Part shown: piece by piece, positions 39,868 through 52,381 of the stretch
Layout of the letters: each line of letters starts with the position of its first letter
Numbering within the stretch: position 1 is the first letter of the stretch
Origin: an uncultured Gammaproteobacteria bacterium
GTDB lineage: Bacteria; Pseudomonadota; Gammaproteobacteria; JABCZS01
Length of the DNA stretch: 64,000 bases
Assembly: GCA_963848305.1 (NCBI GenBank)
Contig: CAWKDC010000001.1
Coordinates: 32,001-96,000 of the forward strand
Direction of reading: 5' to 3'
Notes under the pieces: generated by a model
Seen by the model: the letters and a program-made list of their open reading frames with translations, nothing else
Told to the model about the DNA's origin: nothing
Database searches by the model: none
Translations under genes and position numbers: made by a program

Positions 39868-40782
39868 TCAAAACCCTGTCACCTGCGACTGGAGCAACTC
39901 CTGGCCACGCCCAGATATCTGTATATTGAACTCGCCCAATCGTTGGCCTTCCTTGAGGTAATGCGCCAGACCGACCATCCAATGGGGAAGGGCGCCCAGA
40001 TGATTTTCAATCAAGCGACGATTTTCCAGCACGGAATACGCCGGCCGAGGGGCCCTTCGTCCGGATTCCTGAGTCGAAATCGGTACCACGCGCACTCGCT
40101 TCAGTCCCGCCAATTCTACGATCGACTGGGCAAATTCAAACCAACTACAGTTCCCCGCCCCTGTCGCGTGGTAGATTCCGTAAGCTTCGGTTCGCATCAT
40201 CTCTGCAAGCTTCAAAGCCAAGTGGTGCGTATACGTCGGGGAGCCCCGTTGGTCACTCACCACCCGAAGCTCGTCACGCTCCATGGCAAATTTGACAATC
40301 GTGGCCACAAAATTCTTGCCGCGCGGCCCGTACAGCCAAGAAGATCTGACAATGAAGTACCGCTTGAGCAACGACTGCACGTGACATTCGCCCCCCAACT
40401 TCGACTGGCCGTAAACGCTGAGGGGATGGGTGGCGTCATCCTCCCGATAGGGTCTTTCCGATGATCCATCAAATACATAGTCGGTGCTAACGTACAGCAA
40501 AATCGCGCCGCTTTCGGCACAAGATCGCGCCAGATTCCGCGTCCCCTGGGTATTGACCTCGTCGGCCAACCGGGGGTTCGCTTCACAACCGTCGACATCC
40601 GTGTAGGCAGCGAGGTGATACACAAAATCCGGCCGCAAATCCCGAAAAGCCTTTTGAACCGCGGCCTCATGAGAGATGTCAAAATCGTTGAGGTCCACGC
40701 CCACAACTTCGTGTTCGCTCCCCAGGCATGGCAGCAGCGCATTCGCCAGCATTCCCTTGGCGCCCGTGACAAGAACGCGCAC
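39868..40782 (-). CDS. rfbD: dTDP-4-dehydrorhamnose reductase
   Basis: VTGAKGML, AAYTDVDGCE, STDYVFDG, YGQSKLGGE, DQRGSPT, RPAYS. Confidence 0.95.
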   Translation of the reverse strand: MRVLVTGAKGMLANALLPCLGSEHEVVGVDLNDFDISHEAAVQKAFRDLRPDFVYHLAAYTDVDGCEANPRLADEVNTQGTRNLARSCAESGAILLYVSTDYVFDGSSERPYREDDATHPLSVYGQSKLGGECHVQSLLKRYFIVRSSWLYGPRGKNFVATIVKFAMERDELRVVSDQRGSPTYTHHLALKLAEMMRTEAYGIYHATGAGNCSWFEFAQSIVELAGLKRVRVVPISTQESGRRAPRPAYSVLENRRLIENHLGALPHWMVGLAHYLKEGQRLGEFNIQISGRGQELLQSQVTGF

Positions 40783-41829
40783 TACTTTCTTCCTCCGCGG
40801 TTGAGCACTTTCTTCATCGTGGAATCCCGACGATCATACTGCTGGCGGTAATATGCACGATAGGCGCGCGCCGTCACGCGCCTTATCCATTCACCGTTGG
40901 AAAGGTACCAGTCAACAGTTTGCTTCAGTCCATCTTCCAAGGTTATTTGCGGCCCCCAACCCAATTCCTTTTTTGCCTTTTCGCTGTTGAGGGCGTACCG
41001 GCGGTCATGACCGGGGCGATCCTGCACATAGGTCAGCAAGGAATCGGGCTTTGCCGACAAGCTGCAAAATACGGCGCGCGATTTCAAGGTTGGGCCATTC
41101 GTTCCCGGCGCCCAGATTGTAAATCTCTCCGTCACGGCCCTGGTGCAGGGCAGCATCCAGCCCTGCGCAATGATCCATGACATGGATCCAATCCCTGATC
41201 TGTAGCCCGTCCCCGTACACAGGAATATTCTCCCCCTGAAGTGCACGGGTAATAATGAGTGGGATGAATTTCTCCGGGTACTGGTAGGGGCCGTAGTTAT
41301 TTGTGCACCTTGTGATAATAACCGGAAATCGGTAAGTACGGAAGTAGGCACGAGACAGGAGGTCGGCGCCGGCTTTACTGGCCGCGTAAGGGCTGTTGGG
41401 GGCGATAAGGGATTCCTCCGTGAACTTTTCGCCGGAGGGAGCGCTTCCGTACACCTCATCGGTGCTTACCAGGATAAACCGTTTGACTCCCGCGTGACGG
41501 GCGGCGTCGAGCAAGCACTGAGTTCCGAGAACATTCGTTTTAACGAAGGCGGTGCTATCTAGAATGCTCCGGTCAACGTGGGATTCGGCCGCGAAATGGA
41601 CGACCGCGTCAACCCCCTTCAAGACTTCCCGAGCTTTACTGCGATCACCAATGTCTCCGCGTACAAAAGCGTGCCGTTTGTTCTTTTCCAAATCCCGCAG
41701 GGTATGAAGGTTGCCGGAGTAGGTCAGCTTGTCCAGATCTAGAATTGAATACCCGGAGTGGTGCGCAAGGATGTAGCGAATAAAGTTCGAACCGATGAAT
41801 CCTGCTCCCCCTGTGACCACGAGCTTCAT
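40782..41829 (-). CDS. rfbB: dTDP-glucose 4,6-dehydratase; frameshift near 41060
   Basis: TGGAGFIGSNF, HFAAESHVDRSI, STDEVYG, YAASKA, DRPGHDRRY. Confidence 0.95.
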
Positions 41830-41903
41830 TTCTAGCCCTCTATTTCTATATGGAGTTAAACGGGTATTCCAAGACCGTGACAAAGTACTTGGGCCTTGAG
41901 AAG

Positions 41904-42629
41904 CTATGGATGCGGCATGCCATCTGCCACCAGGTTCGTTGCCAATCGGAGTGACTCGAAAGTCCCCGCGTCCGTCCACCAGCCTTCCAAAATGCTGTGA
42001 GTTAAGGTGCCTTCCCGCAAATAGGCATTGTTGACATCGGTTATTTCCAGCTCGCCGCGATGGGAAGGTTTGAGTCGGTTGGCCTTTTCGAATACCGTTG
42101 CGTCATAGAAGTAAACACCGGTGACGGCAAAATGACTTGCCGGGGATGCCGGCTTTTCTTCGATGCGGGCAATCCTGTCCCCATCAAACACCGGGACGCC
42201 AAACCGTTCGGGGTTGGAAACTTCCTTGAGGAGGATGTGTGCCCCATTGGGTTGCTGCACAAATTTCTCGGCAGCCTGCTTGATGCTTCCCTCCAGAATA
42301 TTGTCACCAAGAATCACGCAAATCCTTTCACCTTCCGCAAAAGCCTCAGCCAGCCGAAGAGCATCGGCGATCCCGCCTTCCCCCTCTTGATAGGCATAAT
42401 TCAGACGCTTCAGTCCAAATTCCTTCCCATTGGCCAGCAATCGCAGGAAGTCGCCAGCGTTGCGTCCTCCGGTAACAATGAGGATCTGTTCGATTCCAGC
42501 ATTTACCAGTGTCCGGAGGGGATAATAAATCATAGGAGCGTCGTATACCGGCAGCAAGTGCTTATTGGTAACTTTTGTCAAAGGGAACAACCGCGAACCT
42601 GTTCCACCTGCCAGAATGACACCCTTCAT
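41904..42629 (-). CDS. rfbA: glucose-1-phosphate thymidylyltransferase (short form)
   Basis: GVILAGGTGSRLFPLT, NKHLLPVYD, LGDN, EEKP, RGELEITD, WTDAGT. Confidence 0.92.
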   Translation of the reverse strand: MKGVILAGGTGSRLFPLTKVTNKHLLPVYDAPMIYYPLRTLVNAGIEQILIVTGGRNAGDFLRLLANGKEFGLKRLNYAYQEGEGGIADALRLAEAFAEGERICVILGDNILEGSIKQAAEKFVQQPNGAHILLKEVSNPERFGVPVFDGDRIARIEEKPASPASHFAVTGVYFYDATVFEKANRLKPSHRGELEITDVNNAYLREGTLTHSILEGWWTDAGTFESLRLATNLVADGMPHP

Positions 42630-42758
42630 CTCGTAATCCTCCTAATGCTCGGCCACCGCGACTCACAACTGACTCCCAGACGTTGTCCGTCCCATACCCA
42701 TCGCCCAGAAACGGAGTTCGTCAGGATAGGGAGAACGATCCCCCTCCACTAAAGTCCT

Positions 42759-44102
42759 TCAATTCAAAAATCCCTCGTCGCGTTCTGAAGCCGGTTCCGA
42801 GACCACTCTTCTGGGGCGATCAGGCAAAGAGCTTAAATGCGTTGCGACGGCGACGCACACCACAAACCAAGCGGCATTGGCAGCAACACGCAAGTTGAAA
42901 TCGACCAAACTATGGCAGAGCAATCCCACCGCGCCCACCACCGCGCCGACTTGAATCCAACCCCACCTCGTCCGGAGACGTTCCGGGATGTGTAGAAAAG
43001 CCCGGCGAAAGAAAAGCACCAACCCCCAAATCAAAAGGACGCCCCCCGCCAATCCCGTCTCCGCCAAGCCCTCCGCGAAGTCATTGTGGGCATGTGACCA
43101 ATGAAGTTCGGACGGATGAGTCATATAGGCGGGGAATACAGTCTCAAAGGATCCCACTCCGATTCCCTGCCTGAGATGGCTTCGCGCCATTCGGAGCGTG
43201 TCCTCCGCTACCCAGAATCGGTCGCCCAATTTCCCTTGGATGGAGTTTTCCGTTTGGAAAATTGACAAGGCGCGGTTGCCCACACGGCCCGAACTAGCCA
43301 TCCAGGCGAAAACGCCAGCCGAGATCAAAACCCCTCCGAGGATCAGGGGGAAGGCGCGATGCCACACGCCCGTGGGCCGATGCCAAAAAATGATGAATCC
43401 AAAAACCAGGACTTCCACCAGCATAACCGCGGCACCGCCCCGCGAACCGCTGATCACAATCGGAGGCGAGGGCAACTCCCACGACCAGCCAGAGCAACAG
43501 CCGTGGCACCTTTCGCGAGTACCCCGAAAGGACATATCCCGCCGCGATCGGAATCAGCATTTCCATTAAGCCACAGTAGTCGTTGGCGCTAACGTAGGGG
43601 CCGAAAGGACCGAATGGCGTCGCCACACTCCAATAGATCAAGCCTTGTCCTGTCGTCATAACCTGTGCGAGGGCCAGCACGCTCAGACCCAATGCGAGCA
43701 TGGTAACAACCAATCCCCACCATTTTAGGGCCCTGCCATTTTCGGGTTGCGTAAATAAAAGTTGGCCCGCCAGGAAGAAGAACACAAAGTTGGTGATGAG
43801 CTTCAGGACGGCCTCACGCGTGGCCACGTGATCAGCGGTCAATCCCGCAAAGAATTGTACACTTGCGATCAAAAGCAGCAACAGGAAAGGCCAGTAGAGC
43901 GGAGACCAGCTCACCTCGAGAATGCCGCGATGAGCGCAACCCGCAGCCCATAGAACCAGCGTGAGCAAGGCCAAAACCATCAAGGCACCCCAGGCCCACG
44001 GCTGTACGGCGCCGAAAGCCCACGGGGCGGCAAAAATTGTGGCCAGAAAGAGAATTCGCGCTCCAGAGTGGAAAAGAGATGAGTCCGCCCGGCCGTCGTC
44101 AT
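42759..44102 (-). CDS. O-antigen ligase / Wzy_C family membrane protein; frameshifted, start approximate
   Basis: PWAFGAV, GPYVSAND, SGSRGG, GIGVGSF, HAHND, ETGLAG, HSLVDFNL. Confidence 0.85.
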
Positions 44103-44154
44103 GCGGTGTGGTTCTGCCGCGATGATGGGAAGACCTTGAAATGGTTGGGGATTG

Positions 44155-45497
44155 TCACCGGGTCCTCGCTTGGTTCACCTTGGGTCCGGAAGCGTCCACG
44201 GCGCGAAGAGTCACATCATCCAGCCAGACCGTGCCGGTTATGTCCCGCGAAGATGCTTGCTCTTTGGGCCGCCAAAAAGAAACTCTTACCGCTTGCGTCT
44301 GCGGTTGGGTCATAAACTCAACATCGATCGGGTGCCACGCCGTGGTTCCCACCGTCGGATCGCTGGTCCGAGCAACGCAATCTGCACAACCCATCTCATC
44401 TACCCGCAACTGCGGTCCGCTGCTGGAGGTGAGATTGTCGGATCGCACATAAGCAGTTAATTGATAATGCGTGCTGGGTCGAATGCGAACGACTTGATTC
44501 ACCAGTTCATATTCCACATTTCGACCGAACACGAAATCAATCCGCAGGCACTTCCCGCCCTTGTAGGCGGAGGGATCAGAGAAATCATAGGCCAAGTCCT
44601 GGGAATCGCTTGATACGCCAGTCAAATCCGGTGTTGAGAGGCTGCCCCTCAAAACCCCCGTTATAGAGCAGGTTGGCGGATTGGGAATTGGGCGCCGGGG
44701 GGATGACCCCCGCATGTTGAAGGTCGTTCCACACCGTGCCGGCATCCTGTATTTGATTATGGTCGATTAGGAAGTCCAAAAAATGTTTTACCATTGAAAT
44801 GTTGGGGGAACGATCAGGCCCGGAGATCATTTGTCCCCAAATTTTCATGGCGTTTTCGTAATCGGCGACGGAGCTCAAAAACATCAGGAATGCAAACCTT
44901 GCGGAGGCATTCTTTCCGTGGGGGACAACCTGCGCGTAGATCGCTTGCGGGTCGCGGGTCGCGCGAAGGCACAAGCGAAATGTATTATCGAGGTATTCCG
45001 GAGCCAATTCCAGCAAGTCTGCGAAAGTAGGGGAAGGCCTTGTCCTCGCGATTCGTTAAGAGGTAATGATTTCCTGCCGACCACAGTAAAGCGGGAGTCA
45101 TGGGGTTAAGCACAATGGCTCGCTCAAAAGCCTCATCCGAACACGCGATGTCTCCGACAAAATCACAGGCCGTTCCCAGATCCGCCCAATAATCCCAATG
45201 GCGAGGGTTGAGTTCGACGGCTTGCCGGAGATATTTCACTGCCTCGGAAAGATTGAGGTCCGTGGGATCAAAGGTATAGACCAATCCCAGGCGATGGACC
45301 AAGTCGGCATTATCCGGATCCAGTCGCAGCGCCTTTTGAAGGTCGGTGATGGATATGGTGTCAAGGCGGGAAGTTACTCGGGCCACGCGAATCGCTTCCC
45401 AGGCCAAACCAAGGCTGACGGCAACGATGGGCATCAGGAAAAGAACGGCCCGCCACCAAGGGCGCAAGGAGGCATGCCAAAATGTGATTCGAATCAT
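44155..45497 (-). CDS. TPR-repeat membrane-anchored protein with C-terminal carbohydrate-binding-like domain; frameshifted
   Basis: ALRLDPDN, AVELNP; NLLYNGGFE...GFDW; GTVWLDDV. Confidence 0.7.
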
Positions 45498-45654
45498 GCC
45501 GGGACGTTAGCTCTCTCACCAGAAAGGTCAGGGTTGGGCATGTTGACTCATCTCTCGTGTGATCCTGGAAGAGACGATTGACGAATAAGGGGCAGGCCGG
45601 TCCAATCCCCCTTGGAGGGAAATCCCCACTCGTTCGTCCGACTACGTTGAATGC

Positions 45655-48009
45655 TCATGCCCGGCGGGATGAATCCTTTCTGGCATGGCCTCCTCCGGAA
45701 GAATGCGAGGGATTCGACACCGAGGCTTCATCATAGTAGGACTGATGATAAGGGCCGTAATAGGAGCCATAGTAAGTGTCGAAGCGCATGTCAACCTTGT
45801 TAAGGACCATTCCCAGAACCCGCGAGCCGGCGTTTTCAAGGATTCGATGCGCCCGGGCAAGGGCGCCCCGTGCCGTCGTACCACTGGCCACCACCAATAT
45901 AACGCCGTCCACCATTGCGGAGAGGATCACGGCGTCGGTCACCAGAAGCAGCGGGGGGGAGTCGATAACAATCTGCGTAAACCGCTTCAGCAAGTCCTTA
46001 AGGGTCGCATCCATCATGTGCGAAGAGAGCAGTTCGGCAGGATCGGGAGGCCGAGGCCCGGCCGGCAAGATCCAGAGATTGGGGATACGTTCATATTGGA
46101 TCAGAACTTCATCGAGAGAATGAGCGCCGGTCAAGAAGCTGCTCAAACCCCTTTCATTGGCAACTCCCAGGGTCTTCGCAACGGATGGGCGGCGCATGTC
46201 GGCATCAATGATCAAAACCGGGCCTTGCCTCTGGGCAAAAGACATTGCCAAGTTAGTGGCAGTGGAAGTCTTTCCTTCGCCCATCTGTGCGCTGGTGACC
46301 AGCAAAGTTTGCGGTGGACGCGGAGCGGTGGAGAGTAAAACGGAAGTCCGGAGGCTGCGGAACGACTCCGCCATAGGCGAGGATGGACGCTTAAGAACAG
46401 CCAAGCCCACACCATTCGGTCCGGCAGCCGCGCCCAGAGAAGGGCCCCCAGCCATTTGCTTCCGTCGATAACCGTCAGTTTCGGCAGGGATTACGGCCAA
46501 AGCCGGAGCATTGACAAGCCTCTCCGCTTCTTCAGCAGTCCGGACCGAACTGTCGAGAGCTTCCTGTACGAAAGCCAGCGTAATCCCAAGAATGAGGCCG
46601 ATCATCAGACCGGCGGCCAAATTGCGCGGCCGGTTTGGGCTAATGGGAGTCGAAGGCGGAGTGGCCGGGTCAATAACGTGAACATTGGTGACTTGCAGGC
46701 TGGCGGAAAGGGTGGCATCCTTCAAGCGTTGCAAGAGGCTCTCATAGAGCTGCTGGTTAATGTCGAATTCCCGCTTCAAAATATTGTGTTCGATCATGCG
46801 TTGATTAAGCGCACTGACATTTTCTTTTTCCTTGGCCATCGCCTCACCGATAAGTTTTTCCCGGCTTAGCGCCTCCAAATAATCGTTGTGAGCCTTCTCA
46901 ATCGCTAGCTTACGCGCCGCCTCCATGAGAGATTGCAACTGCGTAAGCTGGTCATGAAGGCGGACGGCTTTAGGGAAATTCGGCCCATATTGGGTCAGGG
47001 CGTCAGCATAAGCTGCCTTGAGATCACTGTATTTCTCCTCCAAATGCTGGAGAACTCTGTCTTCCACAATAATTCCAACCTGGCCTTCGTTGGCCTTGGC
47101 AAGCTCATAAAGAGATTGCTTCTGAACCCGGTCACTCTCTGCATTGGTGTAGTCCCTGTTCAGTTGCTCCAGCCTCTCATCGTTGATAGTCCCCTTATCC
47201 CCAACGCTGACAATCAGGTTCTGACGCTCATAATCGATCAAAGCCTGTTGAGATTTCTCCACCTTCACCTTGAGTTCCTGTAATTGTTGCTCCATTCCGC
47301 CCGATGCGCGTCGGGTAAAGTCATTCCGCTGCTCGAAGTTGGCGTCGGTGTAGTTATCAATCAATCTATTCACGGCATTCGCCGCCAACTCAGGATTCCC
47401 GCTTTCATAACTTACCGCCAGAATACGGCTGTCCTTTAGGGGTGCAACCGAAAGTCCCTCCTTAAAATCTCCGATCAAGGCTGCCTTGCGTGCCGCGGCA
47501 ATTCGAATGGCCGATTGCCCAGGAGCACTCGCCATGCCCGGCGAGGCGGCGCGGTCAAGTCCAAGCTGCTGCAGCGTTGTCCACGCCAGGCTGTCACTTT
47601 GTAGGACCTGCATCTGGGTGACCAGGAACGAGTTATCATCCACGGGAGACTGACGGTAAACCTCGTTGAGGGTTTGGAGTTGGGGGTAAGTGGTTTCGAC
47701 ATCAACAGTTGCCGTCGCCTTATACACGGGAGACATCTTAAAGGTGTAAATCGCCGTCAGCACTGCCACAATGACAGTGGCCGTAACGATCGTCGTAATA
47801 CGCTTCAGGACGACTTGCCAGAAGGTGGCAAAACTGAAATGAGGTTCACTTCCTTGGGCCTCTAAATCCAGCGTCGTTGGTGTGAACGTATTAATCCGAT
47901 GCGGCAATTGACGTTCAATGGGTGATAATGAGTCGTTGTCAGGCACCTTAAAAAGCTCCCTCGAGAAAAAATCCGATTCCGCTAGACCCTCGGCAACTCC
48001 AGTACTCAA
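45655..48009 (-). CDS. wzc: polysaccharide co-polymerase / tyrosine autokinase
   Basis: Two TM helices with periplasmic coiled coil; ESFRSLRTS, Walker A GEGKT, IDADMRRP, IDSPP, Tyr-rich tail. Confidence 0.93.
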   Translation of the reverse strand: MSTGVAEGLAESDFFSRELFKVPDNDSLSPIERQLPHRINTFTPTTLDLEAQGSEPHFSFATFWQVVLKRITTIVTATVIVAVLTAIYTFKMSPVYKATATVDVETTYPQLQTLNEVYRQSPVDDNSFLVTQMQVLQSDSLAWTTLQQLGLDRAASPGMASAPGQSAIRIAAARKAALIGDFKEGLSVAPLKDSRILAVSYESGNPELAANAVNRLIDNYTDANFEQRNDFTRRASGGMEQQLQELKVKVEKSQQALIDYERQNLIVSVGDKGTINDERLEQLNRDYTNAESDRVQKQSLYELAKANEGQVGIIVEDRVLQHLEEKYSDLKAAYADALTQYGPNFPKAVRLHDQLTQLQSLMEAARKLAIEKAHNDYLEALSREKLIGEAMAKEKENVSALNQRMIEHNILKREFDINQQLYESLLQRLKDATLSASLQVTNVHVIDPATPPSTPISPNRPRNLAAGLMIGLILGITLAFVQEALDSSVRTAEEAERLVNAPALAVIPAETDGYRRKQMAGGPSLGAAAGPNGVGLAVLKRPSSPMAESFRSLRTSVLLSTAPRPPQTLLVTSAQMGEGKTSTATNLAMSFAQRQGPVLIIDADMRRPSVAKTLGVANERGLSSFLTGAHSLDEVLIQYERIPNLWILPAGPRPPDPAELLSSHMMDATLKDLLKRFTQIVIDSPPLLLVTDAVILSAMVDGVILVVASGTTARGALARAHRILENAGSRVLGMVLNKVDMRFDTYYGSYYGPYHQSYYDEASVSNPSHSSGGGHARKDSSRRA

Positions 48010-49115
48010 TGGTAGATCATCATTGCCTGCCCGCCGGTGGTCGCAACTTCAATAGCAGCAGTGGTGGATGCATGCAGAGCCTTAAGCCCGCCGCTTTCTG
48101 GCACAAAGAGAATATCGTCTGGCATCAACCGAATATCTGCAATCTGCCCTTTGACCATGGCTTTGTAATCCACGGGAATTTCCTCCCGCTTTTCGCCCTG
48201 GGCCGCCGGATCCCGCCGCAGGATAACAATATGGCTCCTTTTGGCAATGCCGTTCACGTCGCCCGCCAAGGCCAATGCTTTAAGTACCGTAGTGTGTTGT
48301 CGAGCATCGCTCAGCACGTATCCTCCGGGGCGCGCAACGGCACCCAAGACGTAAATGAGGTCGGCCTTCTGGACCGTGATTCGATCACCCGGATAAAGGA
48401 GGATGTTGGTATTGGTATTGTCGTCGCCCGTTTCCACCAGCTTTCGAATTTTCAGAGTGAATGGCTGCCCATTGGCCGAAGGATCCACTGCACCAGTTCG
48501 GGCGCTTTCTTCAAGGTCGGCGCGCTGGCCGACCGCCCCCCGCGATATTACCGCATCATCGCTGGCACTATTGGTCAATCCCCCCGCCTTAATGAGAATC
48601 TCGATTAACCGAGTGGGGCCAAAAATCGGATAGGCCTGAGGACTTCTAACTTCCCCCGAAACCAGTACAGTATGCAACCTCGTTTCCTTGAGCGAAACTG
48701 ACACTTGCGCGTTATTCAGCATGCCTGCATCGTGAAATTTGGTGGCAATCAAGCGTGAAAGCTGATCCAACGTTTCGCCCGCTGCGGGGATCGGTTCAGG
48801 CAGCAGGGGCAGGGTCAATAAGCCATTGGAACTAACCCGATAGGTTCGAGTGACTTCAGGCACGTCCATCACCTGGATGTCCAACAAATCTTCCGGGCTC
48901 ACCGTGTAATCGTTGATGGGCGCCGGTTGGCCATCGGAGGGACCTACGAGACCGCTGGCGGCCTTCGAGGCTACCGCTGGCTGCGGCGGAGTACCCGAAT
49001 TCTGCCGCTGTGCCCACGCCAGCGTCAAACCAGTCATAAGATATAGCGCCAGTCCCGGCCCGCATACCTTCGCAAAAACTCGCAGATCCCAAACCTCCAC
49101 CCGTTTACTGACCAT
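48006..49115 (-). CDS. wza: polysaccharide export protein with SLBB domains (Wza-like)
   Basis: YTVSPEDLLDI, GEVRSP, AGGL, LYPGD, YVLGAVARPG, DILFVP. Confidence 0.85.
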   Translation of the reverse strand: MVSKRVEVWDLRVFAKVCGPGLALYLMTGLTLAWAQRQNSGTPPQPAVASKAASGLVGPSDGQPAPINDYTVSPEDLLDIQVMDVPEVTRTYRVSSNGLLTLPLLPEPIPAAGETLDQLSRLIATKFHDAGMLNNAQVSVSLKETRLHTVLVSGEVRSPQAYPIFGPTRLIEILIKAGGLTNSASDDAVISRGAVGQRADLEESARTGAVDPSANGQPFTLKIRKLVETGDDNTNTNILLYPGDRITVQKADLIYVLGAVARPGGYVLSDARQHTTVLKALALAGDVNGIAKRSHIVILRRDPAAQGEKREEIPVDYKAMVKGQIADIRLMPDDILFVPESGGLKALHASTTAAIEVATTGGQAMMIYH

Positions 49116-49846
49116 CGGCCCACCTCACTCCTATACTCAACCGCCTTCCATGCTGATTTTCCCAGGTATCGGCCTTCATCACAAACCTGTTGCTTGCACC
49201 TCGTCCTCCCGGCAGAAATGCTGACCTAATGGTATGTTCAGCGGATTGGCGGCGATTCCACAGGGCTCGTGACTGCATACTCCCTGGTGTGCTCCGTGGC
49301 AGATTAAGAGGCATCTGCGGCTGGCAACTCAATCACATGGACTGCTGAGGTCTCATCAGGCTGATCTCTTTCTTGACGGTCTCCGGGGCACCTAACCTCC
49401 AGAGGGGATGTCGGGAAAGGGCTTGCGAACTAGCGCGTGCGAGCTTTGACTTGCGTCGCCGGGAACGACGACAGGGTTCCCATCCTCTCGCCGTAAATCT
49501 TCTAAACCCCTCGCGAAGCCCCCTCGAACTCGGCAAAATGAGAATTCCGCCCATGTCATCTTTTCGTTCTTTGCAGCTGCTTTGAATTAAGATGACAATC
49601 TGTAAGTTTGCGGGTATAGGCCTTCCCAAGCACTAACGACACCTAAGGAACCGCCATGGCACCGGTTCGGCGTGGTTATTGAGTTCCGGCAAGTCGCACC
49701 GACATAATTCGACGGGAGTTAGTGTACGTCTACGTTGTCATGTTGTCAATAGCGAGGGGAATCGGGGGGAATCGTTACGGGGGGATCTTTGGTGACACCC
49801 CCTTGACACTGCACTTCTAACCCCATTAGGATGAGGAGGACAAATC

Positions 49847-51289
49847 ATGAGCGACAATTCCAATCGGCAAGAGACGAGTTTCGATGATGCCGCCATCACG
49901 GTCCTAGGCTTAGGCCATATCGGCCTCCCAACTGCGCTCGGTTTGGCGGAGTTGGGAAAGCGTGTTGTTGGCGCTGACGACGATAAGGGCAAGGTGGGAC
50001 GTATTCGGGCGGGGGACCCGATTTTTTTTGAACCCGGCCTTGAAGATCTGTTGTCGAAGCACCTTCAAAGCGGAAGATTTCAGGCCGTCGATGATGTGGA
50101 AGCCGCAGTGCGTTCGGGTTCCATCATTTTCATATGTGTCGGTACACCACAAAAAGCCAGCGGTCAAGCTGATCTCGGTCAGGTAGAAGCGGTGGCGCGC
50201 GTGGTGGCACGCAACTTGAATGGATACAAACTCATCGTTGAAAAGAGCACCGTTCCAGCCATAACCGCACATTGGCTCAAGCGAGCAATTGTGCGCTATT
50301 GCCCTGGGAAGCTAGCTACGGCAGGCGAGGGCACTGCGGGCCCGTCTTCCCCAACGCCCTTGGATTTCGATATTGCCTCCAATCCCGAATTCCTTCGCGA
50401 AGGCAGAGCCCTGGAGGATTTTTTCCATCCTGACCGCATCGTGTGCGGGGTCGATTCCGAGCGGGCGCGCGATATCTTGACAAACCTTTATAGTCCCCTA
50501 CAACGGCCGATAGTGGTTACGGATACAAGCACCGCAGAATTAATCAAACATGCTGCTAACGCCTTTCTTTCGATGAAGATATCGTTCATCAACATGGTTT
50601 CGGATTTGTGCGACGAGGTGGGGGCAAACGTCACTGCGGTAACGCGTGGCATCGGACTGGATTCCCGCATTGGTCCGCAGTTCCTTGACGCTGGAATCGG
50701 CTACGGCGGTTACTGTTTCCCCAAGGATGTTCGGGCCTTCATTCACTTGGCGGAAGAGCATGGAGTGGATTTCTCGCTTCTCCAAGAAGTGGAGCGCGTT
50801 AACCAACGTCGCGTAGACGTCTTTATCAAAAAAGTCCAAAAAGTGCTATGGACGTTGCGCGGAAAGACCCTTGGAATTCTCGGATTGGCTTTCAAAGCCG
50901 GGACCGATGACATTCGGGAGGCGGTCAGCCTTAAGATTATACAAGCCTTACTCAATGAGGGATGCATGCTGCGCTTGTATGATCCGCAAGCCATGCCAAA
51001 CACCCGGGAAGTGTTTCCTGCCTCGACGGAACGACTCAGTTACTGTTCCTCCGCCTATGAGGCGGCGCACGGAGCCCAGGCCCTGCTTGTTATTACCGAG
51101 TGGGAAGAATTCCGCCAGCTCGACCTCTTGCGTTTGCGGAATAGCATGGAAGTACCTATTTTGATAGATGGTAGAAACCTTTTTGATCCTGACGCTGTCC
51201 GCAAAGCCGGTTTCGAATATGTTTCGATAGGGCGCGATGGGGCGACACCCGCTGGCGCTCACACGCATTCGGCAAAATTCGCCGACTAG
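49847..51289 (+). CDS. ugd: UDP-glucose 6-dehydrogenase
   Basis: [55 protein letters not shown]. Confidence 0.93.
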   Translation: MSDNSNRQETSFDDAAITVLGLGHIGLPTALGLAELGKRVVGADDDKGKVGRIRAGDPIFFEPGLEDLLSKHLQSGRFQAVDDVEAAVRSGSIIFICVGTPQKASGQADLGQVEAVARVVARNLNGYKLIVEKSTVPAITAHWLKRAIVRYCPGKLATAGEGTAGPSSPTPLDFDIASNPEFLREGRALEDFFHPDRIVCGVDSERARDILTNLYSPLQRPIVVTDTSTAELIKHAANAFLSMKISFINMVSDLCDEVGANVTAVTRGIGLDSRIGPQFLDAGIGYGGYCFPKDVRAFIHLAEEHGVDFSLLQEVERVNQRRVDVFIKKVQKVLWTLRGKTLGILGLAFKAGTDDIREAVSLKIIQALLNEGCMLRLYDPQAMPNTREVFPASTERLSYCSSAYEAAHGAQALLVITEWEEFRQLDLLRLRNSMEVPILIDGRNLFDPDAVRKAGFEYVSIGRDGATPAGAHTHSAKFAD

Positions 51290-51328
51290 CGTGGACCACG
51301 CTGTAGCGGCAGGCGGAGGTGCCCCTCT

Positions 51329-52378
51329 ATGTCCAATTCTGCTTCAGGCGAGAATCTCCGGCCACTAACCCTTGTTACCGGCGGCGCGGGTTTCTTAGGT
51401 TCCCATCTTTGCGACCGTCTCCTGGCGGAGGGACACGATGTCATCTGCCTCGACAATCTTATTACCGGTCGTCGTGAGAATTTTCTGCATCTTCTCTCCG
51501 ATCCGCATTTCCGCTTTGTGCTTCACGACGTGACCCGGCCGATTGACTTCCCCGCCCTGCTCGCCTCCTCCCCAGGACAACCGCCATTTGCTTCTCGCCG
51601 GCTAAGTTACATTTTACACTTTGCATCGCCGGCCAGCCCGAAGGACTATGCCCGGCACCCGATTCACACTCTTAAGGTGGGAGCGCTGGGAACCTACCAT
51701 GCGCTGGGATTGGCAAAAGCCCACGGGAGCGTCTTCCTGTTGGCCTCTACCTCGGAAATCTATGGCGACCCGGAGATCAGCCCGCAGCCCGAGAAATACT
51801 GGGGGCATGTTAACCCCATCGGTCCGCGCAGCGTTTATGACGAGGCCAAACGGTTCGCGGAGGCCATAAGTATGGCCTATCACCGCGAGCACGGAGTCAA
51901 GGTGCGCATTGTCCGCATCTTCAATACGTATGGCGAGCGTATGCGATTGGAGGACGGGCGCGCCTTGCCTAATTTCATGGTCCAGGCCCTGCTCGGCCAA
52001 CCCCTGACGGTGTATGGAAAGGGCAGCCAGACCCGCAGCTTGTGTTACGTCAGCGATCTGGTGGAGGGACTTTACCGGCTACTGCTGTCAAACGAGACCG
52101 GACCGATCAACCTGGGAAACCCTGAAGAGCTCTCCATTCTGCAACTCGCCGAGGCCATCCTTCGCGCCACGCAAAGCAAGAGTTCCATCATCTTTGAACC
52201 CCTTCCCGAGGATGACCCGCAGCGCCGCCAACCCGACATCACCGCCGCCCGCGGAAAACTAGGGTGGCAGCCCCACGTCAGCCTGGATAACGGCTTGGCC
52301 AAGACCCTTCCCTATTTCCAATCCTCATTGCAGAATCTATCCCAGCCCGCCGACGCCCCAGATGAGGACATCCAGTGA
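51329..52378 (+). CDS. UDP-glucuronic acid decarboxylase (UDP-xylose synthase)
   Basis: [52 protein letters not shown]. Confidence 0.93.
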   Translation: MSNSASGENLRPLTLVTGGAGFLGSHLCDRLLAEGHDVICLDNLITGRRENFLHLLSDPHFRFVLHDVTRPIDFPALLASSPGQPPFASRRLSYILHFASPASPKDYARHPIHTLKVGALGTYHALGLAKAHGSVFLLASTSEIYGDPEISPQPEKYWGHVNPIGPRSVYDEAKRFAEAISMAYHREHGVKVRIVRIFNTYGERMRLEDGRALPNFMVQALLGQPLTVYGKGSQTRSLCYVSDLVEGLYRLLLSNETGPINLGNPEELSILQLAEAILRATQSKSSIIFEPLPEDDPQRRQPDITAARGKLGWQPHVSLDNGLAKTLPYFQSSLQNLSQPADAPDEDIQ

Positions 52379-52381
52379 GGA

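Noticed and set aside
1-45497. Many frameshifted genes (treY, treS, dehydrogenase, SDR, LamG, isomerase, nrfD, wecB-like, rfbB, ligase, TPR) as pseudogenes or programmed recoding
   Set aside because: Breaks look like scattered single-base indels in otherwise well-conserved genes, with no shared slippery motif; best explained as long-read consensus error. Read polishing would decide.
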